This document shows positions 1 to 9,130 of a DNA stretch of 64,000 bases, one piece after another. Within the stretch, counting starts at the first letter, position 1, and each line of letters opens with the position of its first letter. A program made the translations under genes and the position numbers. This DNA is from an uncultured Ruficoccus sp. (GTDB lineage Bacteria; Verrucomicrobiota; Verrucomicrobiia; Opitutales; Cerasicoccaceae): the NCBI GenBank assembly GCA_965140785.1, contig OZ223517.1:1-64000 (forward strand), written 5' to 3'. A model generated the notes under the pieces. That model was not told the origin of the DNA. It made no database searches and saw nothing but the letters and a program-made list of their open reading frames with translations.

Positions 1-1414
1 AGATCAGGAACTTGAGTTCAGCCACTACCGGCGCCAGTTTCATCTTTTCGGGGAAAATCGCCTCTCTCACCCTTTGCGGGAAGGTCACGTCAGCCCCCGC
101 GATGGTGGTGTAGGCAGTCTGTCCCGTGCTCAGGGGATCCCCCCCTCCCTCACTGAAAAGGTAGGGAATGCCGAGGTCCGGATCCTCCGACGGCAGAGGC
201 GTAACCAGGTCCGCTTCGATATTCGGGGCCGTCGCCGGGTCCTCGATGCGCTCGTAAAGACGGTAGTAGTCGCGCAGGAGCGCCCACTTCGGACCGTAAA
301 TGCCGTTGTAGCGGAATACGTGCCCGTCCTCGCTTTCGCTGATCAGAGCCGTGTTATCGAAATCCGCATCCGCTATTTCGAAGGCCAGCGAAAGATCGGT
401 TTTCAAGCCGCCGCGCAAGGTGTCCGTTTGCAGCCCCTGGCTGAGCACGGTGATATCGTGCCAGCGATTTTTCCGGATATTGTCGTACCCGCTGTCCATC
501 GCTCCGAGACTCGAGAGATCGTTCAGCCGTCCCAACTGGTCCACGAAGGACGAGTTGGTCAAATCGTAGTCGCTCCATCGACTGTTGCCGCTCTGGTCGG
601 TGGCGATCAATCCGGCGGCGGTACCGGTCGCCTGGTTGGCCAAGACCCGAGAAAGACCCGCACTGCCAAGCGCACTGCCCGCCGGAGACAGCATTAACGT
701 GGCGCCCTCGACCAGCCCAACGTTGCCCTTAACACCCTCGTCGCCCACCCAGAACGCATAGCCTCCCTCCAACACATTGTCGTCCGCCGGAATAGTCACG
801 ATCGGCACCGCGACATATTGGTCGGTGTCGGCCACGCTGCCCTCCCCAACCAACACGGCAGCGCGCTCACCGTTGATCGTCGCGGCGGATGCATTCAGCA
901 CAATCGCGTCATCCGGCGAGTAGCTGACCGCGGCGGCCTGCGCCGAGGCAATGCTGCCGTCACCCGCATTGAGATTCAGGGCGACGTTTTCGTTCCCGCT
1001 GACCAGCCAATTGAGCAAGACCGGCGAACTGCTATCGCTGTCAGGAGAATTCGCATTGCCCCAGACACCAGTCCAGTAGCGGGAACCGTCCGCCGGAGAC
1101 ACCAGCCCATTCATGGCGTCGGCCCCGGCGGCGTCATAGAGGCTGGCCGTTCCAGTCGCCCGCTGGTCTGGACCCGCGAATTTTTGCAATTCGCCAATCG
1201 CCACCGACAAACCGCACATCGCATTACGCATCGCCGCCATACGCAGGGACTCGTTCTGCGTCGCTTGCAGTTCGATTTTCACCATGGACGACAGCGCCAG
1301 CGAAAGCAGTAGCACGAAGGTCATCAGCATCAAAGCGATGATGACGGCGAACCCGTGACCGTCGGACTGGCAGTCACGCTTCCAGCGCGAAATACGAAGA
1401 GGGGTCGGCTTCAT
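1..1414 (-). CDS. PilX-like N-terminal cassette protein (Verru_Chthon cassette protein A-like), 3' end runs off the window
   Basis: Translated by hand from ATG at 1414: MKPTPLRISRWKRDCQSDGHGFAVIIALMLMTFVLLLSLALSSMV..., then ELQKFAGPDQRATG, YAFWVGDEGVKG and GGLKTDLS motifs. Absent from the ORF track because it has no stop in the window. Confidence 0.7.
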   Translation of the reverse strand, partial: MKPTPLRISRWKRDCQSDGHGFAVIIALMLMTFVLLLSLALSSMVKIELQATQNESLRMAAMRNAMCGLSVAIGELQKFAGPDQRATGTASLYDAAGADAMNGLVSPADGSRYWTGVWGNANSPDSDSSSPVLLNWLVSGNENVALNLNAGDGSIASAQAAAVSYSPDDAIVLNASAATINGERAAVLVGEGSVADTDQYVAVPIVTIPADDNVLEGGYAFWVGDEGVKGNVGLVEGATLMLSPAGSALGSAGLSRVLANQATGTAAGLIATDQSGNSRWSDYDLTNSSFVDQLGRLNDLSSLGAMDSGYDNIRKNRWHDITVLSQGLQTDTLRGGLKTDLSLAFEIADADFDNTALISESEDGHVFRYNGIYGPKWALLRDYYRLYERIEDPATAPNIEADLVTPLPSEDPDLGIPYLFSEGGGDPLSTGQTAYTTIAGADVTFPQRVREAIFPEKMKLAPVVAELKFLI

Positions 1415-1980
1415 GCCATTTTTAAAAGTCGGGATATCAAAAACGTTGGCCATGGCGGAGAGTCAGCATGGCCAAAGTGCGTATCTCCATCGGGAGACAG
1501 ATCATGCCGACGTTGCAATCTTGCATGGATAGATACAATACTCTCTTGTAGCGTAAAGTCGCCTTGGCCTTTGTGCAAAATCCAAGCATAATCGTGCCAG
1601 TATTTTCGATTGTGTAGAATCAACCGACGGACGAGCCAGCCATGACATGGAGGATGCCGGTATGGTGGGATACTCAATGAAAAGCTTCTCAGCGACCAAC
1701 CCTCCCTATTATGCATTCAGGAGCTAATCTCGCTTACATCTGACTGAACAACGAAACGCCCTGCCCTCCTCGTGGCGATGTCCAGGTGAACCCCAAGGTC
1801 CCATTGGCCTTCTTTGCTACCTCATCTCCGCTGCGCTCTGTCAACCTCAATCCCCGTTCCTCTTCGGTAATCGTACGACCCTTTACGCGATAACACACGA
1901 CAGCATTCATTATCGTCGATCCGTAGCAAGCACGTGATTGAAATGACAGAGCCTCCCAACTCGCGGATGCTGAGACCGCG

Positions 1981-3150
1981 TTGAGCCATACCCCTGGGCA
2001 GTCCTTGACCGAACAGGTCCTGGAATTGAAGGGCATGAAGGAGCGCGTTGCCAAGGTCAGTAATATAGGGCTGGAAAACGCGGTGGCTTTTTTCGAGAAA
2101 CACTACCGGCCCGAGATTGCCACGATAGGCATCCATCAAGCTTGCGAACAGTTTCTGGCTTCGCGGACGGGCCGTTCAGAACAGACGGTCGAGTATTACC
2201 GCAAGTGCTTGAGACTGCTGATAACTCCCGACCCCAACAAGCAGGTTCACGGGTTTACGACTTGGGATATGGCCACTGCCCTGTCCGGCTATGACCACAT
2301 TGGAACCCAGCGCACCTACCGTCGCGGACTGAATGCCTTTTTCAACTGGGCAGTCCGGGCAAAATATTGCCTGGAAAACCCCTGTGACCATCTGGAAGCC
2401 TTACCCCGTCAAAAGCGCGATGTCGTCATTCTTCGATTAGGGGAAGTTCGGCAACTGCTGTCTGCCTCCTGTCGCTACCAAGAGGGGGTGATGGCTGCTT
2501 CGATTGCCATCATGCTCTTTGCAGGATTGCGTCCCAGCGAGCTATCCGACCTGACTCCCGCAGATGTACGGGAGGGGAACCTCATCATCTCAGGGGGCAA
2601 GATGGAAGGTAAGATCAAGCGCCGGGTACCGATTGTCCCCGTACTGGCATCGTGGCTGGAAACGTATCCGTTTACGGGGGTTCCGAAAAACTGGTATAAG
2701 AAGGTGGAAGTCCTCAAGAGGGCAGTCCAGCCCGAGCAATGGGTCAGCGATATCCTGCGGCACACCAGCATCAGCTACCAGATCGAACGCGACGAGGACA
2801 TAGGCAAGGTGGCGACCCGGAACGGTACCAGCGATAGCATGATTACCCTGCACTACCGCGATGTGGTTGAGGACCCGGCTGATGTTACTGCCTTTTGGGC
2901 GCTGACACCCGAATCCGTCAAGGACGTTGTTCTTGCCGGGGCCTTACCTGCCCGACACAGTGTCTCATGGCCATCCGACTCGGACCTCAAGGCGCTGGTC
3001 TGGGAAAAGCCCTTGTCTCGTCTGGCCGATGATCTCGGGGTGTCAGACCAGGCCATCCGCAAACGCTGCCTCAAGCGCGGGATAGAGCTGCCCAAGAATG
3101 GGCACTGGCAGCGGCGGGCGCAGGGAAAGCTGAACGATGCGCAGTGCTGA
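1981..3150 (+). CDS. Tyrosine recombinase/integrase with C-terminal HTH extension
   Basis: FAGLRPSEL (catalytic R), DILRHTSISY, MITLHY (catalytic Y); C-terminus LVWEKPLSRLADDLGVSDQAIRKRC. Start codon uncertain. Confidence 0.85.
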   Translation: MSHTPGQSLTEQVLELKGMKERVAKVSNIGLENAVAFFEKHYRPEIATIGIHQACEQFLASRTGRSEQTVEYYRKCLRLLITPDPNKQVHGFTTWDMATALSGYDHIGTQRTYRRGLNAFFNWAVRAKYCLENPCDHLEALPRQKRDVVILRLGEVRQLLSASCRYQEGVMAASIAIMLFAGLRPSELSDLTPADVREGNLIISGGKMEGKIKRRVPIVPVLASWLETYPFTGVPKNWYKKVEVLKRAVQPEQWVSDILRHTSISYQIERDEDIGKVATRNGTSDSMITLHYRDVVEDPADVTAFWALTPESVKDVVLAGALPARHSVSWPSDSDLKALVWEKPLSRLADDLGVSDQAIRKRCLKRGIELPKNGHWQRRAQGKLNDAQC

Positions 3151-3689
3151 CATGGGCGGCAGCATTTTCATCCTCAATCTTCGAGAGCACATCCTCGAAA
3201 AAATAACTTGCACGGGCGCCCATTCCTGTCTATTTGGCTGCTTATCATCGTAAAATAGCTCAGCTACTTTCGGGCCGATGATCATCAAGAATGGTTCCAG
3301 CTATTCCGGGACCAATATGTTTCCTCTTTGCTGAAAAGAGGCATAAATTGCAAGCAACCCGAAAGATCATGCAGACTTAAATAATATCCATAAATGATTG
3401 CGAGACGCTTTCAATCGCAGTCAAGGTAGGGCTTGCTGGACGAAAAACGCCACCAAGTCCTTCGATGCGTGGGGCCACTATCGAGTCCCCTCCTAGAAAT
3501 CACTGGCAGTCAGCGCATAGTGGGTCTCCCCATGCGTGCAAGTACTGCGCGTTGCCGACTTTTTTCAGGCAACACATCACCATAATCATAGAAAATGACT
3601 ATCGGAAGCCCAATGTCACAAAAAATAATAGAGCTATCCCGACAGAAAACCAGAGTACAAACCAAGCCTCCAATATTTCATGACACGCT

Positions 3690-4547
3690 TCAATCTTCAT
3701 CGGGGAGCATCAAAGTCGTAACCATTGTACCATCATCATGGGGGCCATAATATAGCCTGAATTTGTGTGTTTTCGCAGCAACCGCCACAGAGAAATCAAT
3801 GAGGTCATATTTTACCTCAAGTTCACGGTAGCGCTGCCTTGCCGCATTAAGGATTGCAGCTACCAAATCTTCAAGACTGACATTAGCATCACGCATAACA
3901 CCCCCCATGTAGTCTGATGCCCCAGGCGTGCATGCCAATGGTAGTTTCAGCCCCGGCAGGTGAGATAAATCAATAAAAAAACCATCACGAATAGCGTTCT
4001 CACGAGAATACGACACTAAGGGCTGAATCCCAACAGGCTGTACCAATCTCTGCATACACGGAATCGAATCAGCAATTTGAATAACCGCTTGCTTGCGGGC
4101 TGCACAAAAAGCGTCCTGAAAGCCCATCGAACGATAATCAGGCCCATCTTGCATCCAAAAAGAAAGTTGCATCGATTTACCATGCGCGTCCTGAGGCATC
4201 TTAAAATTAGCCATGGAATCAGAAACCGCAATCCCCCATGGATTGGCGGTTTCGTCATAACAGGCGATTTCATACAAAGACCGGTGAGGGTCATCAACAG
4301 AAGGCCCATAACTAAGGACGACCTCGGACGCATTCCGAATGAGAAAAAGATCATTCTCCAGTTCCGGGGAAAGCAATACTCGGCATACATCATCGACGAA
4401 TGATAGATAAAATAGACGCTCCAACCTAACTCCCGTTGGTATGTCCTTTCGCTTGCGAGTAAGGTGCAAGGCGGGCCAGAAGGTACTTGAGCCAACATCC
4501 TTACCATCATCCGAAATGACAACATAATCCGAGATAACATCTTCCAT
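3690..4547 (-). CDS. Hypothetical fusion protein: domain paralogous to 4711-5154 plus a C-terminal DUF6573-like domain
   Basis: C-terminus SYSRENAIRDGFFIDLS...GPHDDGTMVTTLMLPDED; N-terminus FYLSFVDDVCRVLLSP aligns with the neighbouring ORF. Confidence 0.65.
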   Translation of the reverse strand: MEDVISDYVVISDDGKDVGSSTFWPALHLTRKRKDIPTGVRLERLFYLSFVDDVCRVLLSPELENDLFLIRNASEVVLSYGPSVDDPHRSLYEIACYDETANPWGIAVSDSMANFKMPQDAHGKSMQLSFWMQDGPDYRSMGFQDAFCAARKQAVIQIADSIPCMQRLVQPVGIQPLVSYSRENAIRDGFFIDLSHLPGLKLPLACTPGASDYMGGVMRDANVSLEDLVAAILNAARQRYRELEVKYDLIDFSVAVAAKTHKFRLYYGPHDDGTMVTTLMLPDED

Positions 4548-4710
4548 GAGTGATCAACATTGTATACGCATGATTACAAAAACCAATAATATTATTCCAT
4601 CTTCCAATAACTCAATACCAACCCCGAGCACCGATTTTCCATCATATAGCAATCCACCTTGGTGGCAGCCGAAAAAGGCCGACCACCACCAAGAATACAT
4701 GGCGTCCAAA

Positions 4711-5154
4711 TCACCGTCCCCACGGCTTGAGGCAGGGAATGGATACCGGCGTTCGAATAAAGGCTTTTCGCCTGAAGACACATCGAGCCTTCAGCTTTCC
4801 TGTATTCTTCTTGGGAAGCCATACAGATAGTTCAATTTTCCTCCCATTATCGCAGGCGGGAAGAATACAATCGGACGCAGCGGTTGACGTCAAAAGACAA
4901 TAGGGACTCGAACTCCCATCATCAAACATCACCTCATACATTGGGGTGGTAGAAATGGCTCCACTGCCAAGTCCATATGAGATCACAATCTGCTTTGCGG
5001 CTTTCATGTCAGCCAAATCCTTCTCGTAGCAAGGCGACAGAAGAATTCGACAGGCCCCAGCGTTAAACGAAAGGAAGAATCGATCCTGAAACATCGGCAT
5101 GTTCCAGAAGTTCGTTTCAACGATATTTTTATCATTATTTACTATTTTTAACAT
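4711..5154 (-). CDS. Plasmid/ICE-type conserved hypothetical protein
   Basis: ETNFW...FFLSFNAGACRILL...EVMFDDGSSSPY...PCLKPW pattern, recalled from conjugative element backbones; Shine-Dalgarno AAAGGT upstream. Confidence 0.65.
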   Translation of the reverse strand: MLKIVNNDKNIVETNFWNMPMFQDRFFLSFNAGACRILLSPCYEKDLADMKAAKQIVISYGLGSGAISTTPMYEVMFDDGSSSPYCLLTSTAASDCILPACDNGRKIELSVWLPKKNTGKLKARCVFRRKAFIRTPVSIPCLKPWGR

Positions 5155-5332
5155 ATTTTACCTTTATTTTATTGTTCATTTTTGTGTTGTGTGGGCTTCG
5201 ATCCTCTAGCCCCCAAGCCAACACTCATCCCAAAAACAAACCTGCCCGCTTACAACCCAGCCTTGCGTAGACAGAGACCTCTCACTCCCATTAAACCACC
5301 ATCCCCCTCATCTACCTTTTAGCCGCCTGATT

Positions 5333-5603
5333 GCGGACACGGACATACCCCTTATAAGGGGTATGTCCGTGTCCGCGTATGGGCGGCGGCAGCTTGTCAC
5401 GGTTTTGTTTAAAAACACCCCAAGCCAGTCCGGCTTGGGGTGTGATCCATCAACCTGAAGGTTGATGGATAGCGTGGATGAGAAAACATTCTCATCCACG
5501 CCCTACGCAATCGCTCTGCGATAGCTTTTTTTTGGGGACGGACAGGCAGGTTTAACTGCCTGTCCGTCCCCAAAAAACATTGCCCGGTCACAGCCGGGCA
5601 ATG
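5333..5603. repeat. Array of six inverted repeats, including a perfect 44-bp palindrome
   Basis: Inverted repeats at 5333-5376, 5415-5443, 5445-5470, 5472-5501, 5528-5577 and 5578-5603, each checked base by base. Confidence 0.9.
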
Positions 5604-5633
5604 CCGATAAAATGATAGAAAGGATAAAGGGGG

Positions 5634-6503
5634 TTATGACTCCCCCTCGCTTATTCCCAAGATGAGGTTGGCGGCTTTCTGGGCCTGACTGGCCGCGATA
5701 ACAACCAGCTTACTGTCGCCTTTGAGAATGTTGATCCAGCCCTGAAGGTAAGCGGCTGAGTTCTCAATGACGCTGTTATCAATGCCACAGTGGGCGCAGA
5801 GGAAGGCAGAGGTCATTTCGGCAATGAGTTCCTCGCGGGAGTAGTCCTTATCTCCGAAGTCTCCCTCAAGTTTGCGGTCAAGTCGATGCTTGGCCCCTGT
5901 CGAGTGCCCTAGCTCATGGAACCTCGTTGCGTAATATTCCTCCACGGAGTCAAAGCGAGCCTTAGGCGGGAGCTGGATTTCATCGGTAGCCGGGAGGTAA
6001 CAGGCGTGTTTGTAGCCGTGCAAGACTTCCGGGCCATCCTTCCAGCCTGCAATAATCTGCTCGGCGGCTTCGATAGGTGAGAAGGCCAGAGGGTCTGATT
6101 CGGGCAAGTCGGGGAATTCGATCCCTTCAACCTGACAGGCGTTAAAGACCGTGTAGGATTTGAGAAAGGGGATTTTCCGGGTCTCTCCGTCCTTGTCGGT
6201 GGCGGGTTTGTCGTTGTTCTCGTCGTCGCGTTCAAACGTGCCCCAGTAGACCACGGGCAAGCCCTTGCTGCCTTTGGTAATGCTCCCTCCTTTGGCCTTC
6301 ACCTGGTTAAAAGTCATGAAGTAAGGCAGGTCGAAACTGGCGGTCTGCAAGAGAAACCAGTTTATGCCGGAGTAAGGCCGGTCACTGGCAAAATTGCGGG
6401 GACGGCCTGCAATGCGGCTCCAAGGCTTGCGCCAAGGGCAGACGCCCTTTTCCAGCAGTTCGATCATACGTTCGGTCACTCGGTCGTAGGCGGATTTTTT
6501 CAT
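5634..6503 (-). CDS. ardC: ArdC family antirestriction / ssDNA-binding protein (DUF1738 plus zincin-like domain)
   Basis: PWRKPW, RPYSGIN, FMTFNQ, YTVFNACQ, FHELGHSTG, YSREELIAEM and SAAYLQGW motifs. Confidence 0.92.
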   Translation of the reverse strand: MKKSAYDRVTERMIELLEKGVCPWRKPWSRIAGRPRNFASDRPYSGINWFLLQTASFDLPYFMTFNQVKAKGGSITKGSKGLPVVYWGTFERDDENNDKPATDKDGETRKIPFLKSYTVFNACQVEGIEFPDLPESDPLAFSPIEAAEQIIAGWKDGPEVLHGYKHACYLPATDEIQLPPKARFDSVEEYYATRFHELGHSTGAKHRLDRKLEGDFGDKDYSREELIAEMTSAFLCAHCGIDNSVIENSAAYLQGWINILKGDSKLVVIAASQAQKAANLILGISEGES

Positions 6504-6528
6504 GGGTAATGTTCCTTTCGGGTTAACC

Positions 6529-6763
6529 GGCCTTCTTCATTGAAAGCCTGATTTTCCCTGCCAAGCGGCGAGCGGAAGCTACCGTGTGCCCGTAGCGAGG
6601 GACCGAAGGTCCCCCGTCAAGGTGGAGATTTTCAAGGAACGCTAAAAATGGGAGGCTCCGTCCTCGGATACCCATTATTATGAAAATACAACCTTTATCG
6701 GGTCTGAGCAAAGGGCTGGCATAATCCTTTTTCGCGGGGCGGAAAAGCAGGCTGAAGAGTGCC
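6529..6763 (-). promoter_or_regulatory. Candidate single-stranded-DNA (Frpo-like) promoter upstream of ardC
   Basis: Nested complementary arms 6546-6557/6741-6752, 6613-6623/6691-6702, 6628-6634/6681-6687 and 6647-6652/6671-6676; TTGACG on the minus strand at 6615-6620. Confidence 0.55.
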
Positions 6764-6876
6764 TCTTCTGGCATTGAGGGGCGCTGCCCCTACGGCACTT
6801 CGTGCCTACCCCACGCATCGTGGCATACATGAAAATGCCACAGGACTACCTCTGCCGTGTATTCATGCACGGATAC

Positions 6877-6903
6877 AAAAAGAGCCTGCGTTGAGCAGGC
6901 TCT
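6877..6903 (-). terminator. Intrinsic terminator-like hairpin
   Basis: AGAGCCTGC-N5-GCAGGCTCT with a T-run on the minus strand. Confidence 0.5.
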
Positions 6904-6970
6904 AACAGGCGTCAGGCAATAAGAGATTTGATAGCTGGATTACCCAATTCGGGGGCAACCGCCACCGAAC

Positions 6971-7675
6971 ATGGGACCCCAAAACATCAGACGCGTCTTA
7001 ATCGCCTTAATCGTCGGGCTGGTTTTTACCGCCCTCGGACGAGGCTACGAATATGCCCGCATGTGCGTAAAATATCCGCATACGCTGACCCGCACAAGCT
7101 TCACCGTCCACGAGAATCCGAACGCCACGACCGTCATTATGGTCAATATGGATGGGCAGTTTTTCAGCGTATCCGCGCAGGACTACACCCCGCTTTTACG
7201 GGCGATGGAGTCTGAACTTTCCGACTGTTCCGAGGCGGCGGTTTACGTCGTCAAGGGCGAAGCGGATGCCGCCGCCATGCTGGCCAAGCATACCGGCATT
7301 AAGCGCTTCATCTACATCGCTCATGGCGTGGACCCCGGTTTCTTTCAGGGGCAGACGTCGGAGACAACCATCCAAGAGGACATGTACTACCCGCAGATTT
7401 CCTACGGGGTAGCCTTCTCGATCAGCCCGATGTGGGAGGCCTTCAAGGAGGCTTCCGCCCCGGATGCCCAGCTTGAGCTGATTTCCTGCCGGGTGGGCGG
7501 CAATGCCGACTACCTGCACCAACTGGCCGACGCGACCGACGCCCAAGTCACCGCCTACGCGGGCACGATTATGAGCAATTCCGTTTTCCTTCACAAGCCC
7601 GGCAAAGTCGTTGTCGAGCCCACCCAACCTACCCATGAAGACATTCCTCAACCCCTCGCATACTCGGCGCAATAG
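6971..7675 (+). CDS. Membrane-anchored hypothetical protein, DUF4347/clan-CD peptidase-like
   Basis: N-terminal hydrophobic helix; FIYIAHG and LELISCRVG...LHQLADATDAQVTAY give a His/Cys dyad pattern. Confidence 0.55.
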   Translation: MGPQNIRRVLIALIVGLVFTALGRGYEYARMCVKYPHTLTRTSFTVHENPNATTVIMVNMDGQFFSVSAQDYTPLLRAMESELSDCSEAAVYVVKGEADAAAMLAKHTGIKRFIYIAHGVDPGFFQGQTSETTIQEDMYYPQISYGVAFSISPMWEAFKEASAPDAQLELISCRVGGNADYLHQLADATDAQVTAYAGTIMSNSVFLHKPGKVVVEPTQPTHEDIPQPLAYSAQ

Positions 7676-8219
7676 CCACGCCTTTACCCTGATTGAGCTG
7701 CTGACGGTGATAGCCGTCATCGGTATCCTGGCGGCAATCCTGATCCCCGTGGTTGGCAATGCCCGTACCTCTGCTCAAGCCGCCAAGTCACGGGCCATGT
7801 TCACGCAGATTGCCAGCGCATGCCTTACGTTCAAGGCCGACTATGGCTACTGGCCCTGCGACGACGGGGACTCACTGGAAACCGATGGGGTTATCGATAT
7901 TCTCTCCGCCTCGGATGCTTCTGGTGTGCGCGACAAGAACCGCCGCATGATCACTTATTACAGCCCCAGCGAATACTCCGAAGACGGCAATTATGTCATC
8001 GATGCGTTTGGGAACAGCGACATCAGGATTGTTTTTGCGGATACCAAGACGAAGATTCCAACCATCTCCATCAAGAGCAAGAAGCTCCAGACGGGCAACC
8101 CGGATGACAACCCATCTGGACGTGAAAATCTCACCGTCAATAAGTCGGACATCCATGCCAAGATCGCGGTTTTCTCAGCGGGCGACGGAAAGAAAGCCGT
8201 TGGCTCATGGTCCGATTAG
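7635..8219 (+). CDS. Type IV pilin / pseudopilin 1
   Basis: Class III signal RRNSHA|FTLIELLTVIAVIGILAAILIP; DYGYWP and DAFGN motifs. Confidence 0.88.
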   Translation: MKTFLNPSHTRRNSHAFTLIELLTVIAVIGILAAILIPVVGNARTSAQAAKSRAMFTQIASACLTFKADYGYWPCDDGDSLETDGVIDILSASDASGVRDKNRRMITYYSPSEYSEDGNYVIDAFGNSDIRIVFADTKTKIPTISIKSKKLQTGNPDDNPSGRENLTVNKSDIHAKIAVFSAGDGKKAVGSWSD

Positions 8220-8254
8220 CCGGGCCGAAAAACCACTCATCAAAGGAAGACACG

Positions 8255-8911
8255 ATGTTTACCCTACGCCAGAAAAAGCCGGGCTTTACGCTGATCGAAC
8301 TGCTCACGGTCATCGCCGTGATCGGCATACTTTCGGCCATCCTGATCCCCACGATTGGAGCTGCCCGCAAGTCAATGAACAAGGCGTCGGCCAAAGGTCT
8401 TTATACGACCATCGCCAACGCGCTTGAAGCCTATCGGATGGACATGGGCTCGTACCCACCGATCAACTCCAGATTCAGCCATACGGCGGAAATTGATGGG
8501 CGTGACGTGACATATTATGCCTTCGAAATCGACGAGAGCGTCAAGAACGGGCTGACCATTATCGACTACCTGACGGACCCCGATGAGAACCGCAAGCGCA
8601 GGCAGTATCTCGAACTGGACGGCAGCAACCTGAACGAAGACGAGGAGCTTTGGGACGCGTTTGGAAATACGACGCTGGGGGTCGTTATCGCGCCGGAAGG
8701 CACCGTCACTAATGCCATGTTGTCCACCGTCAAATTACCGGAAGCCGGTGCCACCAGCCCGACCTACAAGTTTAACTCAAGCGCCGCGCCGTTCTCCACC
8801 CGCGTTTTTATCTGGGGGCTCGTGGATGTCTCCAAGAGCGGCAACAACAAGACCGCAAGCTTCGTCGCTTCAACCGCTTTGTCCGGTTCCGAAGCCACCA
8901 CCAAACAGTAA
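8255..8911 (+). CDS. Type IV pilin / pseudopilin 2
   Basis: KKPG|FTLIELLTVIAVIGILSAILIP; DMGSYP and DAFGN motifs; Shine-Dalgarno AAGGA upstream. Confidence 0.9.
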   Translation: MFTLRQKKPGFTLIELLTVIAVIGILSAILIPTIGAARKSMNKASAKGLYTTIANALEAYRMDMGSYPPINSRFSHTAEIDGRDVTYYAFEIDESVKNGLTIIDYLTDPDENRKRRQYLELDGSNLNEDEELWDAFGNTTLGVVIAPEGTVTNAMLSTVKLPEAGATSPTYKFNSSAAPFSTRVFIWGLVDVSKSGNNKTASFVASTALSGSEATTKQ

Positions 8912-8944
8912 TCCTTTCCGCAAACCTTAACTCACAATCACCCC

Positions 8945-9124
8945 ATGAAAGTATCCATCAACGTCCTCACTATCTCGTATCTGATCCTCGCACTCGGAGC
9001 CGCAGGCATGGCGATCTACGCGCCCTATCTCGACCAAAAACTGATCTTCTCCGGGCTGGCTTGCATCGGCCTGGCCGGACTGCTCACAGCCCGCAAGAAG
9101 CACTGTAGTACCGCCAACAGCTAA
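8945..9124 (+). CDS. Small two-TM membrane protein (59 aa)
   Basis: MKVSINVLTISYLILALGAAGMAIYAPYLDQKLIFSGLACIGLAGLLTARKKHCSTANS*; fills the gap between pilins 2 and 3; below the ORF track length cutoff. Confidence 0.6.
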   Translation: MKVSINVLTISYLILALGAAGMAIYAPYLDQKLIFSGLACIGLAGLLTARKKHCSTANS

Positions 9125-9130
9125 GCAACC

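Noticed and set aside
74..1312. Plus-strand ORFs 74-697 and 818-1312
   Set aside because: Antisense to the real minus-strand gene starting at 1414.
4058..4068. 11-nt match to the tRNA T arm (ACGGAATCGAA) as a possible att site
   Set aside because: It lies inside a CDS and does not extend; likely chance.
5333..5603. CRISPR array or integron attC array
   Set aside because: The hairpins differ from each other in sequence, there is no repeat-spacer periodicity, and no cas genes are present.
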